Assembly (NCBI GenBank): GCA_049802235.1
Contig: JBARMB010000107.1
Coordinates: 103,874 to 167,873, forward strand
Source: Burkholderiales bacterium
GTDB taxonomy: Bacteria > Pseudomonadota > Gammaproteobacteria > Burkholderiales > SG8-39
Direction of reading: 5' to 3'
DNA length: 64,000 bases
Positions 50,981 through 61,011 of this stretch are shown here, one piece after another. The position numbers and the translations under genes were made by a program. Within the stretch, counting starts at the first letter, position 1; every line of letters begins with the position of its first letter. The notes beneath the pieces are model-generated. The model was given only the letters and a program-made list of their open reading frames with translations. It had not been told where the DNA came from and made no database searches.

Positions 50981-51758
50981 CCGCCGCAGGCCGCCCCCGG
51001 GCCGGATCGAACCAGTCCAGCTTGCGCCGCAACTTGACGACCTCGCCGACGATGATCAGCGTGGGCGGCACGATGCGTGCCTGCTGCGCTCGCTGCGGGA
51101 GCGTCTTCAGCGTTCCCTCGACGACGCGTTGCCGAGGCGTCGTTCCCCGCTGCACCACGGCGGCCGGCGTGTCGGGGGAACATCCATGCGCGATGAGCTC
51201 GCGGCACAGCGTCGGCAACCCGAGCAGCCCCATATAGACGACCACCGTCTGGTGGGGACGTGCAAGCGCCCGCCAGTCGAGATCCATCCGTCCTTCCTTG
51301 AGATGGCCGGCAACCAGAATGCAGCTGCTGGCGTGGTCGCGGTGCGTGAGCGGGATGCCGGCATAGGCTGAAACGCCCGAGGCGGCGGTAATGCCCGGCA
51401 CGATTTCGAAAGGCACCCCGTTCTCGGCCAGCGCTTCGGCTTCCTCGCCGCCGCGCCCGAAAATGAACGGGTCACCGCCCTTCAACCTGACCACCAACTT
51501 CCCCTCAGAGGCGAGCCGCACCAGCAGCGCGTTGATCTGCCCCTGACTCATCGTATGGTTGCCGCGCTCCTTGCCGGCGTAGATGCGCTGTGCTTCGGAA
51601 CGAGCCAAATCAAGGATTTCAGGCGCAACCAGATGATCGTGGACGATCACATCGGCCCGCTGGATCAGGCGCAGCGCGCGCACGGTCAGCAGATCCGGAT
51701 CCCCCGGACCGGCACCGACCAGATACACCGCACCGCGTTGGCGTTCGGAATCGGTCAT
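50913..51758 (-). CDS. cobA: uroporphyrinogen-III C-methyltransferase (CobA/SUMT type)
   Basis: [15 protein letters not shown] and [18 protein letters not shown] motifs are present. Start is ATG 51758, or 51779 with an 11-bp overlap on dsrN. The 3' end overlaps the convergent regulator gene. Confidence 0.85.
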   Translation of the reverse strand: MTDSERQRGAVYLVGAGPGDPDLLTVRALRLIQRADVIVHDHLVAPEILDLARSEAQRIYAGKERGNHTMSQGQINALLVRLASEGKLVVRLKGGDPFIFGRGGEEAEALAENGVPFEIVPGITAASGVSAYAGIPLTHRDHASSCILVAGHLKEGRMDLDWRALARPHQTVVVYMGLLGLPTLCRELIAHGCSPDTPAAVVQRGTTPRQRVVEGTLKTLPQRAQQARIVPPTLIIVGEVVKLRRKLDWFDPARGRPAAAISEERNEVPPQTRLPRRAMSD

Positions 51759-51768
51759 TGCCGCCTTC

Positions 51769-53175
51769 TCACGAGACACTCACAGTGTACCCGACGTGCG
51801 GGCTTCGGGCGGCGGCGCATTGCCGCACGAAGGCGACGAACCGTCCCGCCCAATCATATCCGGCGCAGGACCGAAAATGACTGTAGCAGGCGAGGACATT
51901 CTTGTGGACGATGCCGTCGTGCGCCCCGTCGGCGCCGTGGCCGCGCAACACCCGGTACGAAAATACGGTGGCGGGATCCAGGTGCTCCAGCCCGGAATAA
52001 TGGAACTCGTGCGCCGGAATTTCCCCCGCCGGCGCCTGACCGGCGGCCCGCCAGGGATGTGCGGATGTTTCCTGCAGGCGCACATAGCCGCGTCCGACGG
52101 GCTTGTCGTGCATGACGATGTCGGCGGGCAGGGCGCCGACCATGCGGTGCGCCTTGCCTCGCCAGCTGATCGAGCGCGCCAGATACATCAGGCCGCCGCA
52201 TTCCGCGTAGACGGGAAGGCCGGCTTCGATCGCCTGCAGCAGATCGTGGCGCAGCCCGGCATTCGCCTCCAGTTCGCCGGCAAGTCGTTCCGGGAAACCG
52301 CCGCCGATGAATACGCCGTCCACCGCTGGCAGGCGCCGATCGGACAGTGTATCGAAAGGCACGATCACGGCGCCGGCGCGTTCCAGCGCTTCCAGATCGT
52401 CGTGGTAGTAAAACCCGAAGGCCCGATCCCGCGCCAGCCCGATGCGCACCGGTTCCGCAGTGGCGCTGCTCTGCAGCGGTGGCGCGACCGGCGGAGGCGT
52501 CGCCGTAAGGGCGAGCAGCCGGGCGATATCCACTTGCAGGCCGATGACTTCGGCGAGCCTGGCGATATGCCGTTCGGCTGCGGTTGATTCGTTCGCGGGC
52601 ATCAGCCCGAGATGACGTTCCGCGATCGTCAGAGCAGGGTCCTCGGCCACCGCCCCTATTACCGGGACGTCGGTGTAGTGCTCGATTACCGCCCGCAGCT
52701 TCGCTTCATGCCGGGCGCCGCCCAGCCGGTTCAGGATGACACCGGCGATGCGGATTGCCGGATCGAATGCCTGATAGCCGAGGATGAGCGGTGCAATGCC
52801 CCGGGTCATGCCGCGCGCATCGAGCACCAGCACCACCGGCAACTCGAGCAGCCGCGCCAGCGCGGCATTGCTGTTGCCGCCGTCGAGGTCCAGCCCGTCG
52901 TAGAGCCCTTTGTTGCCCTCGACCAGGCAAACGTTCGCAGTCGCTGCGTGACGCGCAAACTGCAGGCGCAATTCCTCACCCGTTGACAGATTGAAATCGA
53001 GATTCCGGCAAGGACGCCCGCTGGCAAGCCCGAGCCAGATAGGATCGATGTAATCGGGCCCCTTCTTGAACGGCTGCACCGTCAGCCCCCTGCGCCGCAG
53101 TGCGGCAGCAAGCCCGATGCTGACCATGGTCTTGCCCGAGGACTTGTGCGCGGCCGAAATCAGGAAGCGGTGCAT
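51769..53175 (-). CDS. dsrN: DsrN, cobyrinate a,c-diamide synthase homologue (siroheme amidase)
   Basis: ATG 53175 ([16 protein letters not shown]...). A CobB/CbiA-type P-loop and a C-terminal glutamine amidotransferase part ([10 protein letters not shown]) are present. It sits after dsrP. Confidence 0.85.
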   Translation of the reverse strand: MHRFLISAAHKSSGKTMVSIGLAAALRRRGLTVQPFKKGPDYIDPIWLGLASGRPCRNLDFNLSTGEELRLQFARHAATANVCLVEGNKGLYDGLDLDGGNSNAALARLLELPVVLVLDARGMTRGIAPLILGYQAFDPAIRIAGVILNRLGGARHEAKLRAVIEHYTDVPVIGAVAEDPALTIAERHLGLMPANESTAAERHIARLAEVIGLQVDIARLLALTATPPPVAPPLQSSATAEPVRIGLARDRAFGFYYHDDLEALERAGAVIVPFDTLSDRRLPAVDGVFIGGGFPERLAGELEANAGLRHDLLQAIEAGLPVYAECGGLMYLARSISWRGKAHRMVGALPADIVMHDKPVGRGYVRLQETSAHPWRAAGQAPAGEIPAHEFHYSGLEHLDPATVFSYRVLRGHGADGAHDGIVHKNVLACYSHFRSCAGYDWAGRFVAFVRQCAAARSPHVGYTVSVS

Positions 53176-53195
53176 GGACGCTGCCCCGGGCCGGA

Positions 53196-54401
53196 TCAAT
53201 GTTGCCCGGCCGCAGCCTCGGCTTGATCGAGACGTCGGGGAAGGAACGGCAATACCCGCAGCGCGATGGCTACCAGGGTCGCGGCCAGAGCCACGCCGCC
53301 GATCCCGAGCAGGGCCTCGACCATGCTCGGCGCATAGGGGTGAATCTCGCCGTCGAAGAAGCTCGACGATTCCTGCATGCCGGGAAAAAGCACCAGCGGC
53401 CAGGCCTGCGCGCCGATGATGGTGACGTACATCTGCGCCAGGCCTCCGAGCGCCACGAGCGCGGCGGCGGCCACGAGCGCGGCCCGCGATCTGGCGGTCG
53501 CGGGATGGAATACCAGCACCAGCGGCAGCAAACCGCCCAGAACGATCTGGCCGCCCCAGAAAAGGAATGTGTAGACCCCGCCATCGAGAAGAATGAAGCG
53601 CTCGATACCGGCATGCCGCGCGAGATAGAGCTTGGTCAAATGGAAGATCGCGATGAAGTAAAGCGACGCGCCGACGAAGATGCCGAGCAGATTCCCGAGG
53701 CGCAAAAACAGTTCCCCGCCTAGCGGCAGGCCGTCAAAGCGACTGATCGCGACCAGCACCAGAATGAAAAGAGCCGTTCCGTACGCAAACGAGAATGCGA
53801 TGAACATCGGCGCGAGAAGCGCCGAGTCGTAGGCCTGACGCGCTACCAGGAAGCCGAAGATCGAACCCGTGCCGGTGGTCAGCACCAGCCGCCACACGAA
53901 AGACAGGAATCCGGCGAGGGTGACAAGACGGTTCAGGCCGGGATCGAGCATGAACCACAGGTACACCGCGACGACGGCGAAAAACCCGGTGTAGAGAAAA
54001 ATATTCCAGGCGAAAATCGACTGGAAGTTGAAATGCGTCATCGCCACGATCAGCCGCTCGGGCCGGCCGAGATCAAGCATCAGGACAGCCAGCCCCCCCG
54101 CGAGCAGCGCGACCGAAAGCAGCCCCGACAGCGGCGCAAGCGGCTTGTACAGTGTTCTCCCGAACACCGACGCGATGGAGGCAATGTTGAGCGCCCCCGA
54201 TGCGGAAACGATCAGAAATACGGCAAATACATGCGGCATTCCCCAGACGACCTGGTTATCCATGCCGGTGACGATATGCCCTTGCGTTTCCATGTGCAGG
54301 AACGATGCGAAGCCGAGCGCAAGCGGCACGGCCAGGCACGCAAGCAGCCACCAGAACCGGCGACCCGGGCCGTCAAGCCGTCTGAATTCCGCTGCCTGCA
54401 T
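53196..54401 (-). CDS. dsrP: DsrP, NrfD/PsrC-like integral membrane quinone-interacting subunit
   Basis: ATG 54401, 1 nt after the dsrO stop. It is a polytopic membrane protein of about 400 aa in the conserved dsrMKJOP position. Confidence 0.85.
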   Translation of the reverse strand: MQAAEFRRLDGPGRRFWWLLACLAVPLALGFASFLHMETQGHIVTGMDNQVVWGMPHVFAVFLIVSASGALNIASIASVFGRTLYKPLAPLSGLLSVALLAGGLAVLMLDLGRPERLIVAMTHFNFQSIFAWNIFLYTGFFAVVAVYLWFMLDPGLNRLVTLAGFLSFVWRLVLTTGTGSIFGFLVARQAYDSALLAPMFIAFSFAYGTALFILVLVAISRFDGLPLGGELFLRLGNLLGIFVGASLYFIAIFHLTKLYLARHAGIERFILLDGGVYTFLFWGGQIVLGGLLPLVLVFHPATARSRAALVAAAALVALGGLAQMYVTIIGAQAWPLVLFPGMQESSSFFDGEIHPYAPSMVEALLGIGGVALAATLVAIALRVLPFLPRRLDQAEAAAGQH

Positions 54402-54402
54402 T

Positions 54403-55143
54403 TCAGATTCCCTGGTAGCGCACACCCGGATCGAGGCCGAGATCGGCGCGTAACTGCATCGATGCTTCCCGGGCCACGCGCCGGGCAATCTCGCTCGAAG
54501 GATCGTTCAAGTCGCCGAACAACATCGCGCCATGTCCGGCCTTTTGGCAGGCCTCGACGCACGCCGGCTCGCCATCGCGGTCGATGCGATGGACGCACAG
54601 CGTGCAGCCCTCGACGCAGCCCTTGCCCCGCGGAACCTCGGGTTTCTGGTCGTCCAGATTCTCGTGCACGAACGAGCGCGCCTTGTAGGGACAGGCCATC
54701 ACGCAGTAGCGGCAGCCGATGCAGGTGTGCCGGTCGACAAGCACGATGCCGTCTGCGCGCTTGAACGATGCCCCGGTGGGGCAAACATCGACACAGGGCG
54801 GATCGGCGCAATGCTGGCACATCACCGGCGCGGCATGGGTGCGTCCGGAGCGCATGTCCTTCAGCTCGACCTTGCGGATCCACTGGGCATCGGTGCGGGG
54901 ATGCCCGGTATCCTTGAGACCGTTCTCCGTAGCACACGCTTTCACGCAGTCGTCGCAGCCGCTGGCGCACTTGTCCGCGTCGATCAGAAGGCCCCAGCGG
55001 ACCTTGGCAGATGCCGCCTCCTCCGGCGCGCGCGCTCCGGCGATCTCGATCAGCCGGATGCCGGGCGCGAGCGCCGCACCGCCCAGGGCCGCCGCCGAGA
55101 TGGCCAGAAACCCGCGCCGGCTGACGCTTGCGTCTTCGCTCAT
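54403..55143 (-). CDS. dsrO: DsrO, periplasmic 4Fe-4S ferredoxin-like subunit with Tat signal
   Basis: ATG 55143 has an ATGA overlap with the dsrJ stop. The Tat motif SRRGFL and several CxxCxxCxxxC-type clusters are present. Confidence 0.85.
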   Translation of the reverse strand: MSEDASVSRRGFLAISAAALGGAALAPGIRLIEIAGARAPEEAASAKVRWGLLIDADKCASGCDDCVKACATENGLKDTGHPRTDAQWIRKVELKDMRSGRTHAAPVMCQHCADPPCVDVCPTGASFKRADGIVLVDRHTCIGCRYCVMACPYKARSFVHENLDDQKPEVPRGKGCVEGCTLCVHRIDRDGEPACVEACQKAGHGAMLFGDLNDPSSEIARRVAREASMQLRADLGLDPGVRYQGI

Positions 55144-55586
55144 GGCTTCGCTGCCGCGGCGAGCCTCGGTCTCGAGGCGTGGCATTCGAAGCAGTCCGGC
55201 GCGATGCCCGCGTAGGCGTGGCAGCTCTGGCAGAAGCCCTGCTCACCCAGTACGCTGCCGGTTTTTTTGCTCGCATGGCACTCGACGCAAGCGCTCAGGC
55301 TGTATTGACGCGTGCGGATGCCCTCGTGCACGGTCCTGTCGCGCTGATGCTTGAGCATTTCCGGATGCTCGCGCCGCATGACTTGCGTGTCCGCCACGCA
55401 CTGCCCCGGCCTCTCGATGGCGATGGTTGGCTTCGGCGTTCGGTCGGCGGCGAACGCAAGCGCAGGCAGCAGCAGCACGAGCAACGCCAATCCCTCCCAC
55501 GCCCCCTTTTTCAAAGCGAGGGGCGGCGTTTGCCCCTTTTCCGCAAAAAGGGGGCCGCACGAAGCGCGGGGGGATTTTCGGCGCAT
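55140..55586 (-). CDS. dsrJ: DsrJ, trihaem cytochrome c
   Basis: Three CxxCH motifs are present (CVECH, CQSCH, CFECH), together with an N-terminal hydrophobic anchor. ATG 55586 is 1 nt after the dsrL stop. Confidence 0.8.
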   Translation of the reverse strand: MRRKSPRASCGPLFAEKGQTPPLALKKGAWEGLALLVLLLPALAFAADRTPKPTIAIERPGQCVADTQVMRREHPEMLKHQRDRTVHEGIRTRQYSLSACVECHASKKTGSVLGEQGFCQSCHAYAGIAPDCFECHASRPRLAAAAKP

Positions 55587-55587
55587 G

Positions 55588-57549
55588 CTACTCGCCCAGC
55601 CCCATCTTGATGTAGCCGGTCGGGCACACGTCCATGCAGATGTGGCAGCCGATGCAGCGGTCGTAGTCGGTATACACGTAGCGACCAATGGTCGATTGCG
55701 CCTTTGGCGTCTTTTTCACCGCGGTCTGCGGGCAATAGACGACGCAGTTGTCGCACTCGAAGCACAGCCCGCAACTCATGCAGCGCTTGGCCTCGGCCTG
55801 CGCCTGCGCCTCGGCGAGCGCGACGATGCGTTCCTCGAAGTTGCCGAGCGCGCTTTTTTCGTCGAGCGTGATGGTCTTGCGCCGGTTGCGCGGGGTGAAC
55901 GGGAAATGGCCGAGAAACAGCTCGGTGTGCGGAATCACGTAGCGGTCGGAGCGGTTCTCGTAGTTGTGCACGGCGACGTTGGCGCTGTCGGTGCCGCGCA
56001 GCGGCTCGTGGGTTTCCCCAACCTTGAGGCCCTTTTCCACCAGCTTGCGCATGAGATCGAAGTGATGCACGTCGATCTTCGGGCGCTTCTCCAGTTCTTC
56101 GCCGGCCAGGAAGCGGTCGATGCCCTCGGCGGCGATGGCGCCGTGGCCGATTGCCGTGGTCAGCAGGTGCGGCCGCACGATGTCGCCGCCGACGAACACG
56201 CCCTGCTTGCCGGTGACCTGATAATTCTTGTCCGCGGCGACCGCGCCCTTGCCGTTGTCGAATTCCTCCAGGCCGGAGAAATCCACCGCCTGGCCAACGG
56301 CCGAGACGATGAGGTCCGCGGCGATATCCTCCTCGGTGCCGTCTATTTTCTTGATTTCGAGCCGCCCGCCGACGAATTTAGCTTCGCATCGGGCCACGCG
56401 CAGCGCTGTGGCGCGGCCGTTGGCCGAGCGCACCACCGCGACCGGCATCAGGCCCCCGCGGATGGCGATGCCCTCGGCCCGCGCCTGCTCGATCTCGTGC
56501 TTGTTGGCCTGCATCTTGTCGATCGCAAATACGGAGGTAAGCGTCACTTCGGCGCCCTGCTTGGCGGAAATTTCGGCGACGTCGTGCGCCATGTGACCGG
56601 CGATGGCGTGCTCCGGGCGGTCCGTCTCGTGCGTCTGCTCGATGTGGCCGAGGCGCCGCGCCACCGTGGCGACGTCGATCGACGTATCGCCGCCGCCCAC
56701 CACCACGACGCGCTTGCCGACGTGGCGCATGCGGCCGTCGTTGAAGGCGCGCAGGAACGCGGTCGCAGTGACGATGTTGGGCGCTTCATTCCCCGGGCAG
56801 GGCAGCGCACGGCCCGCCTGCGCGCCGAGACCGAGAAACACGGCATCGAACCCGGCGCGGATCTGCTCCATCGTGACATGCGTGCCGACGCGGCAGTTCA
56901 TGCGCGTTTTCACGCCGAGATCGAGAATGCGCCTGATCTCCGCGTCGAGCACCTCGCGCGGCGTGCGGAACCCCGGAATGCCGTAGCGCATCATGCCGCC
57001 GAGCTCGGCGTGCTCATCGAAGATGGTGACCTCATGTCCTTTGCGCGCGAGCTGGTAGGCCGCGGACAGTCCGGCCGGTCCGCCGCCGATCACGGCGACC
57101 TTCCTGCCGGTCGTGGCTGCAGGCTTCTCGTAAACGAAGTTTTTCGCGATCGCGTTGTCGCCGATGAAGTGCTCGACCGAATTGATGCCGACGAAATCCT
57201 CGACCTGGTTGCGGTTGCAGCCGGATTCGCACGGCGCCGGGCAGACGCGCCCCATCACCGAAGGAAAGGGATTGGCGTCGGTGAGGCGGCGGAAGGCGTA
57301 CTCCTGCCAGCTCATCGGATTCTGGCCCGCGGGCGGCTTCTCGATGCCGCGCACGATGTTGAGGTAGCTGCGGATGTCCTCGCCCGCGGGGCAGCTGCCC
57401 TGGCAGGGCGGCGTCGCCTGCACGTAGGTCGGGCACTTGTGCGAGTGATCGGCGTCGAAAATCTTGTCCTGCCAGCGTTTCCATTGGGCATCGCCTTCGC
57501 GGAAACGGCGGAAGGTCAGGTTGGTGGATTGTTCGGTCGCGTTTGACAT
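55588..57549 (-). CDS. dsrL: DsrL, NAD(P)H:acceptor oxidoreductase (GltD-like with C-terminal ferredoxin domain)
   Basis: 653 aa with N-terminal Fe-S Cys motifs, two dinucleotide-binding folds (VAVIGGGPAGLSAAYQLA; VVVVGGGDTSIDVA) and a C-terminal 2x[4Fe-4S] ferredoxin motif (CIGCHICMDVCP). Confidence 0.85.
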   Translation of the reverse strand: MSNATEQSTNLTFRRFREGDAQWKRWQDKIFDADHSHKCPTYVQATPPCQGSCPAGEDIRSYLNIVRGIEKPPAGQNPMSWQEYAFRRLTDANPFPSVMGRVCPAPCESGCNRNQVEDFVGINSVEHFIGDNAIAKNFVYEKPAATTGRKVAVIGGGPAGLSAAYQLARKGHEVTIFDEHAELGGMMRYGIPGFRTPREVLDAEIRRILDLGVKTRMNCRVGTHVTMEQIRAGFDAVFLGLGAQAGRALPCPGNEAPNIVTATAFLRAFNDGRMRHVGKRVVVVGGGDTSIDVATVARRLGHIEQTHETDRPEHAIAGHMAHDVAEISAKQGAEVTLTSVFAIDKMQANKHEIEQARAEGIAIRGGLMPVAVVRSANGRATALRVARCEAKFVGGRLEIKKIDGTEEDIAADLIVSAVGQAVDFSGLEEFDNGKGAVAADKNYQVTGKQGVFVGGDIVRPHLLTTAIGHGAIAAEGIDRFLAGEELEKRPKIDVHHFDLMRKLVEKGLKVGETHEPLRGTDSANVAVHNYENRSDRYVIPHTELFLGHFPFTPRNRRKTITLDEKSALGNFEERIVALAEAQAQAEAKRCMSCGLCFECDNCVVYCPQTAVKKTPKAQSTIGRYVYTDYDRCIGCHICMDVCPTGYIKMGLGE

Positions 57550-57558
57550 CGATTTCTC

Positions 57559-59052
57559 CTACTTCGGCCCGAGCCGGATTGCGTTGGACACGAGCTGATG
57601 AACCCCGCCCACCATGCTCATCTTGAACTTGTAATAGGGCAGGACTTTGGTGAACTGCGCCTTGCAGATGGCGCAGATGGTCGCCATGAAATTGACGCCG
57701 TCGCTATCGACGACGGACTTCAGCGCTTCCATGCGCGGCAGCGCGCCCTTGACGCGCAGATCGAGCAGTTCGTCGGTCAGCAGCCCGCCGCCGCCGCCGC
57801 AGCAGAAGGTCTTCTCACGGATGCTGTCGGCGTGCATTTCAACGAACTTGTTCGCCACCGCGCGGATGATGGCGCGCGGGATCTCGAACTGGCCGCCGGG
57901 CATGTCGCCCATGCGCGAGGCGCGCGCCACGTTGCAGGAGTCGTGGAACGTGACCACGTACTGGTCGTTGGCGCTTTTGTCGAACTGGATCGCGCCGCGC
58001 TGAATCAGATCGTAAGTCAATTCGCAGATATGCTGCGGCACCGGGTAGCGCGAATCGAGGAAATCGAACGGGCCGATCAGCGTGTTCCAGAAGCTGTAGG
58101 CGACGCGCCAGGCATGGCCGCATTCGCCGACGACGATGCGCTTCACGCCTAGGTCGAGCGCCGCCTCGCGCACGCGCATGGCGATCGACTTCATCTGGCC
58201 GTAGTTGCCGATGAACAGGCCGAAATTGCCGGCCTCGGAGGCATGCGTCGAGAGCGTCCAGCGGATGCCGGCGGCGTGGAACACCTTGGCGTAGCCGATC
58301 AGGCTGAACACGTGCGGCTCGGCGAAGAAGTCGGCCGAAGGCACGACTACCAGCACTTCGGCGCCCTTTTCGTTGAGCGGCAGGCGCACGTCCTGGCCGG
58401 TTTCCTCCTTGAGATCTTCCTCGATGCTCTGCAGGGTGTTCTCGAGCGCCGGGCCGGGAAGGCCGAGGTTGTTTCCGATCTTGTGTACCTTGCCGATAAT
58501 CTCGTTGGAGTACTTCTGCCCCACGCCGATGGAGTCCATGATCTCCTTCGCGGCCATGGTGATTTCGGCGGTGTCGATGCCGTAGGGGCAGAAAACCGAG
58601 CAGCGTCGGCATTCGGAACACTGGTTGAAATAGGTGTTCCAGTCGTCGAGTACTTCCTTGGTGAGGTCTTCGGCGCCGACCAGCTTGGGGAACAGCTTGC
58701 CCGACCAGGTGAAGTAGCGGCGGTAGACTTTGCGCAGCAGGTCCTGGCGCGCGACCGGCATGTTCTTGGGGTCGCCCGTGCCGAGGAAATAGTGGCACTT
58801 GTCGGTGCAGGCGCCGCAGTGGACACACGCATCGAGATAGACCTTCAGCGAACGGTACTTGCCCAGCAGCTCGCCAAGCTTGAAGATCGCCTTGTCCTGC
58901 CAACCCTCGACGAGCTCACCGGGGAAGCCGAGCGCCTGCTGCATCTGCGCGTTGGCGACATACGGCTTGCTCGCCGCCATGGCGCCGGCCTGCAGGATCG
59001 GAATGACCGGATACGGCTTCAGCGGCGGCGCGATGACTTCGGCAGTGGCCAT
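57559..59052 (-). CDS. dsrK: DsrK, HdrD-like catalytic Fe-S subunit
   Basis: 497 aa with ferredoxin-type clusters (CVHCGACTDKC; CSECRRCSVFCP) and a C-terminal CCG region (FCCGGGGG). Confidence 0.88.
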   Translation of the reverse strand: MATAEVIAPPLKPYPVIPILQAGAMAASKPYVANAQMQQALGFPGELVEGWQDKAIFKLGELLGKYRSLKVYLDACVHCGACTDKCHYFLGTGDPKNMPVARQDLLRKVYRRYFTWSGKLFPKLVGAEDLTKEVLDDWNTYFNQCSECRRCSVFCPYGIDTAEITMAAKEIMDSIGVGQKYSNEIIGKVHKIGNNLGLPGPALENTLQSIEEDLKEETGQDVRLPLNEKGAEVLVVVPSADFFAEPHVFSLIGYAKVFHAAGIRWTLSTHASEAGNFGLFIGNYGQMKSIAMRVREAALDLGVKRIVVGECGHAWRVAYSFWNTLIGPFDFLDSRYPVPQHICELTYDLIQRGAIQFDKSANDQYVVTFHDSCNVARASRMGDMPGGQFEIPRAIIRAVANKFVEMHADSIREKTFCCGGGGGLLTDELLDLRVKGALPRMEALKSVVDSDGVNFMATICAICKAQFTKVLPYYKFKMSMVGGVHQLVSNAIRLGPK

Positions 59053-59056
59053 GGCG

Positions 59057-59800
59057 TTACCTAAGAGACTTCGCCTTTTCCAGCTCGGCGGCCCACGGCG
59101 CGAGATGGCGCACTTCGCGTGGATTGTCGGCCTGGTTGCGCCCGGGACTGAAGAACACGCCCGGCGCGTGCAGCAGCTTCGAGTACGGGAAAATCGCGAT
59201 CAGCAGCGCGACCAGCGTGAGGTGCACGAACAGCCCCGGGTGCGTCGGCAGCGGCTGCCAGTCGAACACCATCAGGCCGAGAAAGAACGCCTTCACCGCG
59301 ACGATGTCGGTGTGGTTCGCGAATTTCATCAGCAGCCCCGATGCGCCGATGGCCAGGATCAGCGCGAGCATCAGATGATCCGAGGGCGTGGAGATATAGC
59401 GGATGCGCTCCACCAGGAATCGCCGCGCCCACAGGCCGGCGAGACCCGCCACCAGCGCGAAGCCGCCGTAGATGCCGAACGGCTGGATCCAGCCGACCCA
59501 GAACCACACCGGCTCGGTGAAGTAGCGCAGGTGCCGCGCCAGCACCAGCAGCAGCGCGACATGGAACATCCAGCCGAACAGCCAGATCCAGAGGTTTGCC
59601 TTGAACAGGCTCTCGAACAGCGTCACCTCGCGGAACATCCGCAGCACCACGCCGCTCGCGGTCGTCGGGGCGGGCGTGGTCGGGATCTTGAGCGGCACCG
59701 GGGTACGGGCATAGTCGTAAATGCGCCAGGCAAGCCCGGTCACGCACAACAAAGTTGCGGCGTAGAACAGCAGCGCGAAAAAGAGGGTTGCCACTGTCAT
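59057..59800 (-). CDS. dsrM: DsrM, NarI-like dihaem cytochrome b membrane subunit
   Basis: 247 aa with about five TM helices and conserved His residues. It sits between dsrC and dsrK. Confidence 0.85.
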   Translation of the reverse strand: MTVATLFFALLFYAATLLCVTGLAWRIYDYARTPVPLKIPTTPAPTTASGVVLRMFREVTLFESLFKANLWIWLFGWMFHVALLLVLARHLRYFTEPVWFWVGWIQPFGIYGGFALVAGLAGLWARRFLVERIRYISTPSDHLMLALILAIGASGLLMKFANHTDIVAVKAFFLGLMVFDWQPLPTHPGLFVHLTLVALLIAIFPYSKLLHAPGVFFSPGRNQADNPREVRHLAPWAAELEKAKSLR

Positions 59801-59825
59801 TGCGAAAAACGCTGATCCGGATCAC

Positions 59826-59896
59826 CTCCCGCTTTCGCGGGAGGAGCGGCTGCGCGTCCGGAATGACGTCTCACTTGGCCGCGGGTTTCACCCGCG
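59826..59896 (-). other. two GC-rich hairpins between dsrC and dsrM
   Basis: On the minus strand, CGCGGG-TGAAA-CCCGCG (59880..59896) abuts the dsrC stop. CTCCCGC-GAAA-GCGGGAG (59826..59843) follows. Neither has a clear T-run. Confidence 0.4.
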
Positions 59897-59897
59897 C

Positions 59898-60236
59898 TCA
59901 GACGCAACCGGTCGGCTTGGGCAGGCCGGCAATCTTGCAGGCCTGTTTCGCCGGTCCATAGGGAAACAGCTCGTAGAGATACTGGCTGTTGCCTTTTTCG
60001 GAGCCGAGCTTCTTGCCGATCGCCTTGGTGAGCACCCGCACCGCCGGTGCGATCTGAAATTCGTTGTAATACTCGCGCAGGAAATTGATGACTTCCCAGT
60101 GATTCGGAGTCATTTCGAGATTCTCCTGCTTGGCAATGGTGCCGGCGATGTCTTCGTTCCAGTCCGAGAGGTTGACGAGATACCCTTCCTCGTCCGTCTC
60201 GATCGTCTTGCCGCCTACTTCGATAGCCATATGCAC
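59898..60236 (-). CDS. dsrC: DsrC, sulfur-transfer substrate protein of DsrAB
   Basis: 112 aa. The C-terminal arm reads ...KQACKIAGLPKPTGCV and carries both conserved cysteines. Confidence 0.92.
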   Translation of the reverse strand: MHMAIEVGGKTIETDEEGYLVNLSDWNEDIAGTIAKQENLEMTPNHWEVINFLREYYNEFQIAPAVRVLTKAIGKKLGSEKGNSQYLYELFPYGPAKQACKIAGLPKPTGCV

Positions 60237-60249
60237 TCCTTTGATGTCG

Positions 60250-60552
60250 CTACAGCCAGGATTGGCAGGTGCTGTGCTTCGCCACCAGGTCGACGAAGCC
60301 GCCGTAGTCCACGAGCTTCACGCCCTCGGTGGCCGCATTTGCCATGCCCCGCGCCTCCAGGTCAGGCGTCAGAACATAGATTTCAAGGCGCGCCATCGCC
60401 GCACACAGCTTGGCTTCCGCCGCGCCGCCGCGCGTGGCGGCATAGACGCCGTCCTCGATCAGAAGCACGGCTCCGCCTGCCTGCGCCGTCTCGAGGCAGC
60501 TGTCGAGCGCATTGCGTTCGGTCGGGGACTTGTTGACGATGTGCAGCACCAT
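60250..60552 (-). CDS. dsrH: DsrH, sulfur relay subunit
   Basis: ATG 60552 (MVLHIVNKSPTERNALDSCLE...) is preceded by AAGGA. It ends ...CQSWL like known DsrH proteins. Confidence 0.8.
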   Translation of the reverse strand: MVLHIVNKSPTERNALDSCLETAQAGGAVLLIEDGVYAATRGGAAEAKLCAAMARLEIYVLTPDLEARGMANAATEGVKLVDYGGFVDLVAKHSTCQSWL

Positions 60553-60626
60553 GTTCCTTAGTTTCCAAGATTTATTTCTGACCCGGGGGATATGCAAGGG
60601 GGCGTGCCCCCTTGTTCAAACCCCTG

Positions 60627-61001
60627 TCAGAAGCTGAACAGCACGTCCTGCCGCTCCATCAGCTTGCCCAGATCGGCGCGCGATACCACCTCTACCGGCA
60701 CGCACATGTCATCGGCGGTAAGGCCTCGCGCCTTGAGCGACTCCTGCTCCACGTACAGCTTGGTGACGTCGTAGTCCTCCAGCGCCCGGTAGGTGGGCTG
60801 GAAGTTCTTCATCTCGATGCCCTTGGTCTGGTGCCCCTTTTTCAGCTGGTAGACCCCGTCGTCCAGGAACGCCAGCGACACGTCCTGGTCGAAGGCCGCC
60901 GCAATCAGCACCACCTCCAGCGACTCCAGCGCGTAAATGGTGCCGTACGGCGCCTTGCGGTTGACGTACATGAACTTCTTGATCTGGCCGTGCTCGCTCA
61001 T
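60627..61001 (-). CDS. dsrF: DsrF, sulfur relay subunit
   Basis: 124 aa with KKFMYVNRKAPYGTIYALESLEVVLIAAAFDQDV and a C-terminal ...VLFSF, closely resembling Allochromatium DsrF as I recall it. Confidence 0.85.
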   Translation of the reverse strand: MSEHGQIKKFMYVNRKAPYGTIYALESLEVVLIAAAFDQDVSLAFLDDGVYQLKKGHQTKGIEMKNFQPTYRALEDYDVTKLYVEQESLKARGLTADDMCVPVEVVSRADLGKLMERQDVLFSF

Positions 61002-61011
61002 CGCGCCTCCA

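Noticed and set aside
55351-57546. 731-aa plus-strand ORF antisense to dsrL. Similar cases: 9806..11194 (antisense to the kinase), 46000..47475 (antisense to the FadL-like gene), 22007..23158 and 23909..24904
   Set aside because: All are mirror images of genes with clear family motifs. They have Arg/Ala/Gly/Asp-rich low-complexity translations and lack ribosome-binding sites. They are GC-content artefacts.
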